Positions 39,137 through 52,699 of a stretch of 64,000 bases of DNA are shown piece by piece; the first letter of the stretch is position 1, and every line of letters begins with the position of its first letter. A program made the position numbers and the translations under genes. A model generated the notes under the pieces. It was given only the letters and a program-made list of their open reading frames with translations, did not search any database and was not told where the DNA came from. Location of the stretch: NCBI RefSeq assembly GCF_048593235.1, contig NC_133619.1:651474558-651538557 (forward strand), read 5' to 3'. Source of the stretch: Sminthopsis crassicaudata. Taxonomy: Eukaryota.

Positions 39137-39973
39137 AGTTCCCTGCTTTTCTCAGCTTCGCTGTCGAGTCGTGATTGCTCTGGGGAGGGGAACGGAGCGG
39201 CGGGGCCGGGCTGCAGCCCGCTGCGCTCCTGGGCCCCGGTGTCCGGCTCTCCGCGGCGCGTCCCTTCGAGGCCCCGGCGGGGCGGCCGCTTTTCCCGGTC
39301 CCCGTGGCCGCCTCTTGCAAGGCTCGTGGGCAGCTCAGCCTCCCCAGCCCCAGTCTCTACCTCCCCGTTCTCAGCCTCTCTTCTTATCGGTTTTCTGGGC
39401 CTCTGGGACCCGTCCTTCTCTGGCCTCCCCTATCCACTCCGAATCGTCCCCTCCCCCACAGACTGACAAGCGGAGGGCTGCAGTGGGGGCGGGGCAGGGG
39501 GGCCCGGAGGGATGGAGAGGGCACCGAGAGCCTCCGGAGGGACAATGCCCTGATACTGCCGCCCCCAGGTGACTTCTCCCCCTCAACCCTAGGGTTTACC
39601 GTGCCTGGAAGGTTCCATCTTAGGCCTCCTGGTCTCAGTTTCCCCGGTTGTAGGAGCCTGAAAGTCCTTCCCAGCTGCGACATCCCAGGAGAGACCTGAG
39701 AGGTCGCCTAAGTTCAAACAGCCCCACTTTTACAATCTGGGGGGAAGCCGGAGCCCTAAGGGACAATTTGAACAAAGGCCCCTCGATTCCACATTGGCCA
39801 GTCCGGCCCCTGCAGGAGCCCTGAATGTGGGGGGGTGAATGGGGATCTCAAAGTTGTGATGACTCCCGTCCCTGATTCCAGGGTGCATGCAGCAGGTGCC
39901 ACACCCCAAGTGACTCACTCCAGCTGCCGCCCCTCCCCCCAAGAACAGTGCTGCCAATGGGGCATGGAGGGAG

Positions 39974-39979
39974 TTTATT
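39974..39979 (-). terminator. KASH5 poly(A) signal
   Basis: tttatt on the + strand, about 20 nt after the stop. Confidence 0.75.
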
Positions 39980-39998
39980 GGATCAGAAACTTCGGGGC

Positions 39999-42900
39999 TC
40001 ACACTGGTGGGCTCTGGAGGTAGTGCAGCTGGAGTTGGGGCCAGGCCAGAGGCCTGGAGGAGACCAGGACCAGGAAAGAGAGCAGCAGCAGCAGGAACAG
40101 GAGGCCCAGGATGGGAGGCTGGGCCCCTGAAAAGCTGGGAGTCCTGGGGAAAAAAAGGCACAGCCAGAAGAAATAGGCAGAGGGGGGGGGTTCCCTGCCT
40201 GCCCCGAAGCCAGGAGCCCAAAGGCAGCCTACCTGTGTCTCGGGGCAGCCAGGGGGAGAGGGTAGATCTGTCCCCAGCTTGTCGTCCTCTCAGCTGAAAC
40301 CAGTTGGCTCATTACAGGCTCCGGGGCCTGATGGACAGCTGGCTCACTGGGGCTGCTGGAAGCAAAGGAAGCCGCGGGCACCCTCAGCACCCACACGGGG
40401 AGCCGGCCCGCCGGTCCTTGGGTGGGCCGGGGAGAGACACAGAGAAGGGGAGAGAGGCGTGGCCAGACCCAGAGCCAGACCCAGAGGCCGGGGCTCAGCC
40501 CATCCTGCACTCTCCCCACATCCCTTCCGAGGGCCCGGCCTGCCCCCCAATGCTCGGCTTCCTCACCTGCCAGCATCAGGGCAGGTCCGGTCGTCAGGCT
40601 GTGGTCCCCAGAGGATGGTTGGGTGTGCAGCCTGAGGGAGCAAAGGGGCTGACCTGAGGTACAGCAGCTAAAGGGCCACTCAGATGAGTCACTCAGGAGC
40701 CCCAAAGTAACTGGGGCACAGTCACAGAGCTGTCATCTTCCACCAGAGCCCCTGGCTCCCACATCCAAAGCCTTGGACTTTCTCTTGCCTTCAATTCCCA
40801 GTTTTCAAGTCCTGAGGATTCCCCCTCTAAGTCTCCTGCCTCGATTTCTTTTTAATTTCACCTTCAAATGTCTGGCTTTCATGACCCTTCCCTCCCTGTT
40901 CCCATAGTTCCTTCCCTGGGACAGGAGGTGTAACCCCCAAAAGGCTCCTTAGCTCTGCTCTTTGCACTAGTAACTCGGAGATGGAGGGTGCCACAAACCT
41001 CAAAGCTACAATCCATCTCCCTCCTTTGACAAGGAAACAGGCCCGAGATCACATGAATGGGGACCGTTTGACGTGGGATGCAGCCAAGATGCACTGCCCC
41101 CAGACCCTCTTTCCCCTCAGCCACATGACCGGCCCCAGCTCTCAGAATCCTATTCACAGGCTGACCAAAGCCCTAATGCCCACCGAGTCACAGAGCTTGG
41201 CCCTCCTCCCATCCTGCGGGCTACGGGCCCTCAAAGCACTCTGGGTTGTGGGCTCCTCATTCTTTGGGCCATGGATTCCCAAGTCTCTGGGCCTTTGCTC
41301 ACACAGTCGCACTGTTCCCTGTGCTCAGAGTGCCTCCCTCTCCTCCCGGCCTGCCAAATGCCTTCCCATCAGGAGTTCTTACATATGGGGAAATGGAGGC
41401 ACTGACCGGGGAATGGGCTTGGCCTGCAGATGCAGGGCTCTGCTCTCTTTGCTCACACTGCTCTTTCCTTCAGGGCCCCATCTTGCTCTTCTGGTGGTCT
41501 TGTTGCCCCCCGTCCCTGCCTGTCCCTCCCCACTGGCTCTCTGATGCACATGCACTGTATGGAGGCCGGCCTGACCCCTCTACTGCCCGGGAGCTCCCCA
41601 AGGCAGGGATTGTGCCCATCTGGACTCCACTTCTCTCCCAGCAGCCCCACTACGTCTTCTGAAAGCTGAGCTGGGGCCTAGCCCCACGTCTGCCACCACA
41701 AGCTAGCCCTGGCCCTGTCACTGCCTTCCACAACAGGGGACCCTTCAATCATTTCATGTAACCTGGCTTTGCAGATGAGGAAACTGAGGCTCTCACGAGG
41801 GAAACCCGGCATTCCCCATGGAGCAGGAGGGCCAGGAGCTGGCCTTCTGCAGCCTGTGCTGCTGGACCCTTCCTCCGTGTGTCCAGTCCCGGGGAGCCCT
41901 GGGGCTGTCTGCCTGCCTTCCACAGTCTGACACGGCAGGACATATCCCAGGGTGCCTTGTGTGTGTGTGTGTGTGTGTCCGTGTGCTCCCCAGGGACCAG
42001 ATTCACCTCCCACAAGCCTTCAGGCTCATTAGAGGAATTGAGTGGCTTATTATCCAGCCCTCCGCAGGTCAGGAGTGGGGCATGTGAGTGTGTGAGTGTG
42101 AGTGTGCGTGTGAGTGTGTGCTTGTGTGTGAGCATGTGCGAGTGTGTGTGTGCGTGTGCTCGCACGCTCCCATGCACAAAAACCGAGTCCATCTGTGCAG
42201 TCATTGGCATGGGAAGGGCTGGGGCTTCTATACCGTGTCTTGGGGCTTCGTCCCCTTCTCGTCGCCTCTTTGACTTTGGCTCTTTTGACTCTCTTCGAGT
42301 GACCTGGGAGGAGGACTTAAGGTCAGCCCCTCATTCCCGGCTGTCCCCCAGCCTGACCCCCTTTTCCTTCTGGGGCTCCCCAGGTTCAGCAACCCCCTTT
42401 GCTGGCTATGGGCTCCAAGCCTCTGCGCCCCGGCCATGAAACCCTCCGAGGTCCCAGTTTCGAGGTCCCCCATTATCCCCAGGGCCCCAGGCCTATGGGC
42501 CACTGTGTTCAGACATTAGCGCCTGCTCCCTCAGGGAGCGCATGCCCAGTGCTGGGGGCAGGATCACCTCTCTGGGACCCTCCGAGCCCATCTCAGCTGG
42601 CAGACAAGTCCAATTAGGCGCCAAGACGGCAGCCTTATTAGGAGCAGCACAGGAAGGAAGCGAGCCAGCCGGGAGCATGAGGGAGGAGGGAAGCAGAAGG
42701 GATGTGGGTGAGGGAGGCCGGAGGCGGGCGGCCAGGCCAGGCTGGGAGCACAGGAAATTGGGTTCCCAAGGTGGGGGGGGTGATTCCTGCTCTCCGAGGG
42801 CTGGGCCCTGACAGGAGCTGCCAAGGGGTATAAGCTGGATCCTCAATAGGCTGGGACTGCTCGGAGGGGCGAGGGGGAGCAGGGTATGACCTGGGCCCCC

Positions 42901-45900
42901 AGATGGGTTGGGGCTGAGAGTGACTGCAGCCAGAGGGATTGTGCTGGCTGGGCTACGGCCTGGGAGGGAGAAGGGAAGCTGAGGCAGGCGATGAAAGGGG
43001 GGGGGGGCGCACCAGGAATTCTTCTCCTCCCAGCTGCTGTGTGGTTCATGTGACTTCTCTTGGCCTGTGTTCTGGGAAAGGAATGGGGCGGGCTGGGTGG
43101 CTCATCCTGCAGACCCCCTTCTGCTCGGACTGCTCCCCGGCTCCTCCCTGCCCCCACTTCCCAAAACCCTCTCCCCCCATTCTCTCTCTAGGGAAGGGCT
43201 CTGGGCTCCAGGAAGGCAGTTATTTTTAATTCTGATAATGATTGCAAGGGAATCATTTGGAGAAGGGACTCACGGGCTTTATCAGACAAAGGAGCCGTGA
43301 TATAGAAAAGTACTAAGACAACCCATTCTAGGGCACCCCAAAGGCCTAAGGCAGCACAGGAGATGCCGGCTGCAGGCGGGGGGCGCCTCAGTCAGAGACA
43401 CGGCCCTCAGCCAACCCAGGCCCAGAAGCCCTCACTCACCGGCTCCTCGGTGGGGGCCTCCGCTCCTCCGGGGCCCTCCAGGGGCTCTCCCCAAGGCTGG
43501 GAGCCACACAGAGGGTTGAGAAGGCTGGCCCCCAGCTCATGTCTCTGAGAGAGAAGGAGGGAGTGATCAGGACAGGTCGGATGGGGAGAGGGCCCGTCAC
43601 AGAGATGGGGGGCGAGGAACACGTGGGACTGTGGGCTGGGCCGGAGTGGAGCACGATGCAAAGGGATGAGGTGACGCTGGGTGGGAAGGCTGAGGAGGAG
43701 CTGGGGGAGGGGAAGAGATTTGGGGACTGGGGAGAGAATCAGGTTGGGGGAAGAGTCCAGCTGGGGGGACGGGATCGAGGCCCAGTCAGGGCTGGGGCCA
43801 GACCAGGGCAGGAGGCCCTGACAGGGGCGAGGCTCCTGAGAGGGGGCAGCAGCTGGCTTACTAGCCCCCTCTGGCCTCCAGGAAGCCCCCTGAGCCCCAA
43901 CCCCAGGGGAGGGAAGGGTGTATCCGCCCTTCTTTGGAGCCCATTGGGTCCTGTTTCTGAGGGCTTTCTAGAAGGGAAGGGGCCCCTTGTAGGTCAAGAG
44001 TCAGGCCCCCAATTCCACTCAGTCACAGAGCTTAGGCAAAGACCTGTGGCTGCCCATCTCCGGCCCTCACGGTCTCACCTGCCGAATCGCCTCGATCTCC
44101 AAGCACAGCGACTGCGGGTGCAGCTTCATCCATCCGCCCACTAGCTCATGGGGCCCTTCTTGAAACCTGGGCGGGCCATGGAGAAGTCTTTCCCCTGGTC
44201 TGCCCTGCAGCCCTCCCTCACTTCCCGCTGCCCGGGGTCACTCCCTGGGGGCTACAGGCGGCACAGCCCCCACCCAGCGGCCCCCTCCCTCACTCACCCC
44301 TCAGGCCCCTCCCGGCTCTGATTCAGCTGCTCCTCCAGGTGGGAGATTTTCTGCTTCAGCTCCTAGGGGCGAGGGAATATAAGCAGTGACCCCCCCAGCC
44401 GGCCCTCCCTTCTCCGGGCCAAGCACCCACCCACGTGTGCCCTCTCAGGGGCCCCTCCTCTGTGGCCCCCCCAAGGGTCCCTGAGCCACCCTTCAGAGGT
44501 ATAAAGACCGAGATGGGGAGAGGGCCCGTCCCAAGGGAAGCGGAGCGCGGCCCAGGGCCTGGCACCCACCTGGATTGTGGCCCTGTACTCCTCCAAGGCC
44601 TCGGTCAGATTTTCTGTCCGATTTGTCCGCTGGCAAACCCAGAAGCAGACCCAGAGTCAGTGAGGGGGACTGGGGGGCCGGGTCCCTGGGTCCCTGAGTT
44701 AACGGGCTGGGGGAGACTAAACGAGGGCTCCTGGGGCGAGTGGCGCCCCGGCCTCCGGCCGTGCTGGGTTAGCCCAGGGACGGCCCCTGTCCCCTGGTCC
44801 TCGCCCCTCAGGGTGAGGCTGAACGGGAGGAGGAGGGGAGGGGTGGCCCACCTGGCATGCTGACCCCCCCTTGTGTGTCCCCCCCCACTCACCTCAGAAA
44901 GGACATGGTCTCGATGACAAATGAGGCTCTCATACTCACACAGCTGACGCTGCAGGGAGGAGAGGGGCCAGTCCATCTGTTCATGCCTGAGCTGGACCTG
45001 GAGCTCCCAGGAGGTCAATTTGTTCTCCCCCCAAGCCCTAGCCCCGAGGACAGCCTTGCCTTCAAACTTCCCTAAGGTCCCCGCCCCCCTCCGGGATCTC
45101 AGCACCCTCAGTCCCTGGAGTGGAAACTTGGAGTCAGGAGACCCGGGTCCCAGGCTGAGCTGCCTCTCAGCAGCTGTGTGAGCTTGGGCAAGCCTGTTCC
45201 CTTCTCCTGGCCTCAGTTTCTCCATCCATCCAGGGAGCCCTGCCGATCACCAACATTCACTCCAAGATCTCTCCTAGACCAGGGGACCTGAGGAGGGGGG
45301 TGGCCCAGAGGCCCCCGGGGGGGCAGGGGCAGTACCCTCAAGGCCTCCTTCTCCACGACCAGCTCCTCGCTCCTCTTCTTCACACCGTCCCTCTCGGCCA
45401 GCAGCTTCCCATTCTGGAGGGACACAGGAGAGAGCAGGCGGGCTGCTCGGGCAGCGGCCCCGGAGCGGAGCGGGGCCCCTGGGACGAAGGCCTGGCCCGG
45501 GCATCCGGCCAGCTCCCCGCCAAGTCGCCTTCGTCAGCTGCCTCAGGCTGTCTGGTGAAGGGCAGGCAAGGCCATCGAGGCCCGGCCGCTGAGTCACGGC
45601 CTGCCCGGCTGCCAGGAGCAGGTGTGGGCCGGGAAGGCGCCCGGCTCTTCTTTCCCGCCCCGGTGTCATCTCCTCAGCCCTGCTCTGTCAGCCCAAAGGA
45701 GCCCGGAAGGCCCTCTGGGTCAGGCCGCAGGATCCTGCTCCCTCCCTGTGGCTCCATGGGAGCGCCATCCTGCCTGACCCTCGTGACCGCCAGGGACATA
45801 GAGGGGGACAGACCCTGAGCGGGAGGGCGACTGAGTTTCTGCTTTTCCCTTTCCTCCTGGCCCCATGGCCTGGCAGTGGTGGAGGCTTCCCGGGGACTCT

Positions 45901-48900
45901 GGGCTAACTCCTGAGGCAAAGATGACTCTGTTCAGTTAATGGCGCCTCTCTGGCCTTGGAGCCAGACAACCTGGGTCCCCGCCTGGCCCTGCTTCCCATT
46001 CCTCCTGGCAACTTGGACCCTAGACTCCCTTCTCTGGGCCAGAATGTGCTCCCTGGCAGGATTAGCCTGGAATACTGAAGTGCCCCTGACTTGATGTATG
46101 TCTGACCACTGGCATAAGTCTTTCCTTCCTTGGGCCTCAGTTTGTCTCCTGCTCTCTTGGCCCCTTTCAGCCTAATTCTGGGACCCAGTGACTCCACGAA
46201 TAGCTTCTCTCCTGCCCTGGGGCCCCCTCGACACTGAAGGGACCCGGTTTGGGCTGGGGTTGACGTCTGCGCCCTCGCAGATGATCTGGGCTCACCTGGC
46301 ACTGCCCCCTTAGCCCAAAAAGCCGGGGCAGTGCCAGAGCCATTCTGGCCAGCCCCTCAGAGCTGGGGCAATGACCAGGGTGAGCATTTACATCTCAGCA
46401 GGGAGCAAAGCCAGAAAGCGGCGCTTGGCTGTGTGGCCTTTGAAAGGGGATGGAGAATATTAATCATGCAGATGGAGGAGATGAGAGCTGCTCTCCCCCC
46501 GGAAGCTCCTGCTGCTCACTGTTAGCCCCCTGCCCACACCCTCTCTCACTTCCCAGGCCTACCTCCTCCTGCAGGGTCTCCACCTCAGCCACCAGCTGCT
46601 GCTGTTCTCTTTCCTGCCCAGGGATCACAAGGGAAAAGCGAAGCCATCAGTGGGGGCCTCCGGGGCCCGGCCCTCCCCTCCCGTGCTAGGCTGGAGGAGC
46701 CTCTGTGGCATCAGGCTCAGAGCCACAAGGAGCTGGGCCAGTCTGTGGCAGTGAGACCTGCCAGGACCTCCCCAAGAGCGCCGACGCCATGCCCTCCCAT
46801 GGTAGACTTGGTCCCGGGTCTCTGCTCCTGCTTTGTCCACTCATCCACCTGCCTTGGTGGGTGTCTCCAAAGGCTCTGTGCCAGCAGGTGAGGGTTGGGG
46901 TCAAGGGAAGAACAGACCAGGGCCTCCCTTCAGGACCTGGGGGCAAGGGCAGACTGGCCCGGGACCCCGCTCACCGTCTGCCGGGCCTGGGCCACAAGGC
47001 TGCGATTCTTCTCCTCTAGGCTTTTGGCCAAACTCTTCATGTCTTCTAGTTCCTCATCCACTGCCTTGGCAAACTGCAAAGCCTGCTGGGAACTGAGTCA
47101 GGAAAGAAGAGATAGGTGGAGGACTCTACTGGGTGCCAATGGGGAACACTGGGCTAGAGACCATGTGGGAAGGGGCTCCTGGGGGCCAGAGAGTTCACAT
47201 TCGAGGCACTGGGAGAGGTCAGAAGAGTTGGCTAGGGAAGGATATATCAAGGACCCCCAGGGGAAGTGTAGATGGAAGAAGCACAGGGGTGGGAGTGACC
47301 CCAGATTCGGGGGGCCTCAGAGGTTCCTGGGGAGAGGGTCCCAGAGGGATGGGAAGGTCCCGGATGCTGGGGGCTGACATGGGGCACCTGCGGAGCTGCT
47401 TTCGCAGGGAGGCCAGCTCCTCCCCGAGGCGGGCGGCCCCCTCATCGGCCGTCTCCACGCTCCTCTGCAGCTTGGCGTTCTCCCCCGCTAGCCGGCGGTT
47501 GCTGAGTTCCAGCTCCTCCAGGTTGCTGAGCAGCTCGGCTGTGGCTGGCCTGCGGGGCGAGGGAGCGTCAGCTCGGTGGCCGGGGCCAGTCTCCTCTCTG
47601 AGAGGGCTTGGTAGCCCCCGGCTCCCTCCGATTAAGGAGGCCACCCCTCTGCTTGTCTCCCTTCTTCTTCCTCCCGGATCTTTCCCTAAGAGCTGGTGCA
47701 GGTATGTGTACGCGGGCTGCATGTCCACACACACTGGCATGGTCCCCCCTGGCTTCCCGGAGCCCTGGGCTATTCTTGCCCAAGCCCAGGGCCTGGGCAC
47801 AGTAAGGGCTAAGGGTCCCCAGGCCCCCTCCAAGGCCTACTTACAGCTCGGGCCCCAGCTCCTCGTCTCCATAGCTCTCCAGCTGGGCTGGGATTCCTAC
47901 GTCAACACGGACACACAGATGGCCAGGAGGCCGTGAGCAGTGACGGAAGCGGTCCGTGAGACCCTCTGCCCCCCACGGCCAAGGAGCCAGGCCCTCCCCG
48001 GGGACAGCCTGAGGCCCCCCTCCCCCGTCACAGGATACGGGCAGGAAGGAACGTTAGGGGTCATCCAGCCTAAAAGCAGCCCACCAAAGAGGAAAGCAAA
48101 CGGGCGGAGAGAGGGAGAGATGGCTTGGCTCAGAGTGGGCAGCAGGCAAAGGGGCTGAAGGTTCTCACCCCATCGGGAAGGGCAAGGCTGGAGAAGGGAG
48201 CGCCTGGCAGGGCCCAGAAAGGATGGGGACGGCAGAGTGGACCGGCACTTTGGAGGGCATCCAATGTGATAGGGGGGAGGGCCCCGGACTCCCTGGGAAG
48301 TCCCCCCGCTGCCTGACCCTGGACTGGCCTGCTTCAGGCTATAAATAGGCCTTACCAGATGGCAGGACGCTGGGTTCCACGGCTGCCTCCTCCTCCAGCT
48401 CTAATCCCCTGCAGCAAAGGGAGGAAGCTCAGAAAGCCTGCAGGCCCAGCCCTCCTGGGCTAGCAGCGGGAGGAAAGCCCAGCCAGAGGAGGAGGCCCAG
48501 CAGGATGGAGCGCAGGCCAGATGGCCAGAGCCCACTCAGGCCCATTGGAAAGGACGAGAGGAGGCGGGGAGATAAGGAGGATGGATGGGCAGGGACCAGT
48601 GCCCCCTTCCCGCCTCCCACGCCCATGACAGACTCCCACCGGGCGTCTGGGGTCACACCCAGGGTTGGGGCCCAGGGACCAGAGAAGGAGAGGGGACACC
48701 CACGGCCCCAGCTGGCAGGTGGCGATCCAGTCCTGCATGATGCTGAAGAAGGTGGCTCGGTTTACAATGGCGGTGGGGCCCTCCCCACTGGGGTCCAGGG
48801 CCTGGGCCAAGCTGCACAGGTCACTGTCCTGGGGACTGCGCCCCGTCACTGCTTCTAGATAGGCCAGAACCTGCCCCACAGCTACCACACCTACAGACAG

Positions 48901-49402
48901 CAGGGAGGAGCTTGGGTAAGTCCAGGCTTGGCCCTCCTCCAGGTTCTCCCAGGCTCCTGTGGGCCAGTTCTAAGGATTCCCAGGGCATCCTCTTCCCTAA
49001 GACATCTGGGCCTTCACCTGCCCCCCCAGTGCTCCGTGCTCCTAGAGACCTCCAATTCACCCCGTTCCCTCATCCAGGTCCGTCCCTCAGCCGGATCAGT
49101 CCTTCGGCGGGGTCAGTCCCTCAGCCGGGTCCGTCCCTCAGCCGGGTCCGTCCCTCAGCCGGATCAGTCCCTTGGCTGGATCAGTCCCTCAGCCAGGTTG
49201 GCCACTATGCACCAGAGTTCCACCTTTGGCTCCCTTAGTCACAAGGTTCTCAGTGGAGGCCTCCTCCCCAGGATTTCCCAGTGGCCTCCCTCCTCACCTT
49301 TCTTTTCGGAATCACAAGCTTCAAAAGTAGAGTTGAGCACCTGCTCCTCCAGGCTGAGTGTGGCCCCAAGCCCCCAGTCCTCAGGCTGATCCCAAAGCAC
49401 AA
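39999..49402 (-). CDS. KASH5: KASH domain-containing 5 (CCDC155), meiotic LINC component; start exon not included in this span
   Basis: Exons: 49298-49402, 48704-48890, 48356-48408, 47845-47896, 47388-47549, 46975-47092, 46563-46613, 45336-45413, 44893-44949, 44570-44629, 44298-44362, 44079-44166, 43440-43544, 41457-41540 or 41554 (boundary uncertain), 40567-40631, 40233-40355, 39999-40143. Motifs SLEEQVLNSTFEACD, coiled coil LEELELSNRRLAGENAKLQRS, TM plus luminal KASH peptide WPQLQLHYLQSPPV*. Confidence 0.93.
49070..49200. repeat. About 19-bp minisatellite in a KASH5 intron
   Basis: (GTCCCTCAGCCGGRTCMG)n, about 6 copies. Confidence 0.85.
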
Positions 49403-49679
49403 CTAGGAAGAGAATAGAGATGGGAAGGGCAAAGGTGGGAAACTGGTTAGACCCCAATCCCCCAAGCCTTCTGCCTGCACCAGTCTTTCCCTCCCTCCCA
49501 TTTGCTCCAGCAGATCTTCCCTTTGCCTCTTCAATGTCTCCCAGCCCCTGGCTGCTTCCCTGCTGCCTCCAAACATACCCTTGTCTCCCTCAGCCCCAGA
49601 AACCTTCATTCAATCCCTGAGGAGTCCCATTCCACCCTGGCCCTCCTTTTGTGGTGAAACTCCTTGGGAAGGCCACTTA

Positions 49680-50897
49680 GGATCTGTCTCCGCTTCCTTC
49701 CCTTTCACTCTTTCAAATTCTCTTCAAGTTACTAAAATAATGGCCTTTTCTGGATGCTTTTGCCTCTTGACCTCTGCCGCCTTGGACACTGCTCATCATC
49801 CTCTCCTAGATTCTCTCTTCTTGGAGAGAAACCCCTTTCCTCTCTCCTGTGTCCCTCAGTCTCTGTCTCCCACCCCCTCGCCCCGTTCTCTTCCTCCCTC
49901 CCTGACTTCTCCTTCTCAGTCTCCTTTGCTCGATCCTCTAGCACATCTCCCCCTCTCACCACGGTGTCCCTCGGGGTCTGTCCTGGGCCCTCTTCCATCC
50001 TCACTTGTCATCTCCCCGGCTCCCAAGGATTTGACTACTGCTGATTCTCACAGGCTCGAACTTCTCTGCTGACTTCCAGACTTACATCTCCAGCTGCCTT
50101 CTGGACTCTCCAATGGGATGGCCCAGAAACCTCTTAGTGGACCGCCAAAAGTACTCGTTATATTTTCCCCAGAGCGCTGCCTTTTCCAACCTTACTCTCA
50201 AGGGCAACACCATCCAAAGTCCGCTCCAACACGCTGCTCTCTCACCTCACCCACAGCCAGTCCCTCACCAGATTTCACCCTCACATCATCACATCCTTTT
50301 CTCTCTTTGGTCATGGCCCTGTCTCTGATGTAAGCCCCATCACCTTATCCTGGACTATGGCACTAATATTCTGGTTGCTCTCCCTGCTTCAGATGTCTCC
50401 CCAGCCCAGGCAACCCTGTACTCAACTTCCAAATGGATCTTCCGAAGAAGAAGGACCGGGACCGTGTTCTCCCCCCAACAATAACTCCAGCTGCTCGCTC
50501 TCCAGGATCACAGTCCCTCCTAACCTGCCACTCCTGTCCTTCCTGTCTGAAAACTTTCCTCCTTTCCGTGTACTTTATGATCCAGCGACCCCTTTGCTGT
50601 TCCTCCCACAAGAGCCTCCAGCTCCTTCCTCCTGCTATTTCCCTTGGTGATCCTCCATGTCTGGAAGTCTCCCTCCTCCTCTCTGCCAGGCTCCCCTGAA
50701 GCCCAGCTCAATTCCAGGAAGCATTTCCCAATTCTCCATTCTAGGAGTCATTTGACTTTCTCCAAGATATCCAGTGCATCTCTCTCCCATTAGACTGTGA
50801 GTTCCTGAAAAAACGGACTAGTTTTCCATATTGTTTGGAAATTTAGCACATTGCCTGGCACCTAGTAGGCATTAAATAAATGTCTGTTGACTGACTG
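49680..50897 (+). mobile_element. LINE-2 remnant
   Basis: Pyrimidine-rich L2-like body and 3' end CCATTAGACTGTGAG...CCTGGCACCTAGTAGGCATTAAATAAATGTCTGTTGACTGACTG. Confidence 0.65.
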
Positions 50898-52699
50898 CGT
50901 GAGATCAGACCAACCTTTCAGACGCTAACGCTTAGGTTTCCCTGAAAATATGGGACAGTGGAGGACCAGAGTGGGGAGTAGTGATAAATTATTGTCCCTC
51001 GAGAAAGGGTTAGGGAAGAAAAGGAGAATAGAGGAGGGGGCTAATTGACAAGTTCTTTCAATATTCCAGTGCCCTCTCTCTCTTGCATAGCCAACAGGAC
51101 CCTTGAAGATCTCTATGATAGGCAGAGAGGTGGGCTGAGCAGGAGCACAGAATACTGGGAGGAGCCGGAGTCCCAAGTGGCAAGAACAATCCAATAACTG
51201 TCGGGAAGCTACATCGATCCCTGGCGGAACTGTCTCCGGCTGTCTGACCCCAGCCCCCGATGTGAACCTCTCCTTATCCCATCCAGCTGCTCTGCTCTGT
51301 ACAGACGTCATCAACTCAGAAATGAAAGCAGGCAGGCAGGGAGAGGGATCCTTGGAGTGGAGTCAAGGTCCTCCTATCTTTGGGCACATCTTCCCTGTTT
51401 CTGATAGGTCGATATTCACACCTTTGCCTATGTGTGTCCACATCTCCCACCTTGGAGTCTATCTCCTTCCTGTGTCTCTGTGCTTTATTCCTAAATTGTC
51501 CATCAGCTGTATATCTGGCCTTCAGAAGCCCACTTCCTCAGACAGTTTCCCTCTCCTTGCCATACCTCGCACCTTTCGGACACTCTGTCTCGGTCCACAC
51601 ATCTGCACCCATTTCCTTACCTTCCCAGTCTCTCCGTCTGTCTCACATGTCTCTGCCCTCATCTGCCATGTCTGAATCCCTTCTCTGTGCTCATCCTGGC
51701 CCCGTTGCACCCATCTCTGCATCTCCCCCAGCTCTCTCCTTCACCTGTCTTTCCCGTTTCTCTCCTATGAAACAACTTTTCCATCTTTGTCCCTCACTTA
51801 TAACTGTCTTTGCCCACCCCATCCTCATGTCTACCTCTGTGCACACTCAGGACCACAGAGAGTTACAATCGGAGATCACCGAGTTAGGCTGAGCAGAGGA
51901 CAAGGACATTTTTGTCCTTCTGTCCTTAGTAACCAGAACAGTGTCCACTACACCTCTAATGAGGGGGCACCCACTACTTCCACAGGTAGTCCACTCCATA
52001 TTTGGAGAACTCAAATCATTGGGAAATTTCCCCTAAGATTAAACCTAAGCCTGAGTCTCAGCAACTTCCATTTATTCTTACTAGTTTGGCCCTCTGTGGC
52101 CACGTACAAGGCAAATTATTCCTTTAATGGCAATTTGGTGCCCTTTAAGTCTTCTACAAGTTAAACATCCCCTGTGCCTTCACAAAATAGTTCTCTCTTA
52201 TACTAGCATTGTTCCTGAAATGTTGTCTTTGGAACAGAACAAGATGTTCCAGATGTGGTACAGCTGGGATGGGGGCCATGGGACCACCAATTCCCTAATC
52301 CCGGACACTGTGCTGTAGGGACCCTAAGATCCCATTCACTTTTGTGGCTGTCATCCCAGGGATTCTGGTTGAAACTAGGGCTTTCTCCAAGCCCCAGATC
52401 TTCTACAGGTGAACCGCTGTGGAGCTTCAAGTCTTCCAACTCACAAACTTGCTCACTTTCTGACCTTGACTGGACATTATCGCTGCATAATTTCTAGCTG
52501 GCATGACTTCTGGGATCTTGACACTTTGGATCACCCTTTCCTCAGTGGGCATCCAGAAAAGCCTCAAGGAGACTCTTCCAATTGGTCTGGTGATTCCTCA
52601 GCCCCCTTTTTGAGTGCTAAGTTGGAGGAGAAAACCTGGTCTCCAGTTCTCTGTGGCTTCTGTGTGGGCAAGCCTTGGTTGGGGGTGGGGGTGGATTAG

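Noticed and set aside
39999-40030. KASH terminus SPPV instead of PPPV as loss of function
   Set aside because: As recalled, xPPV endings are tolerated in other KASH proteins such as nesprin-4, and the rest of the peptide is conserved.
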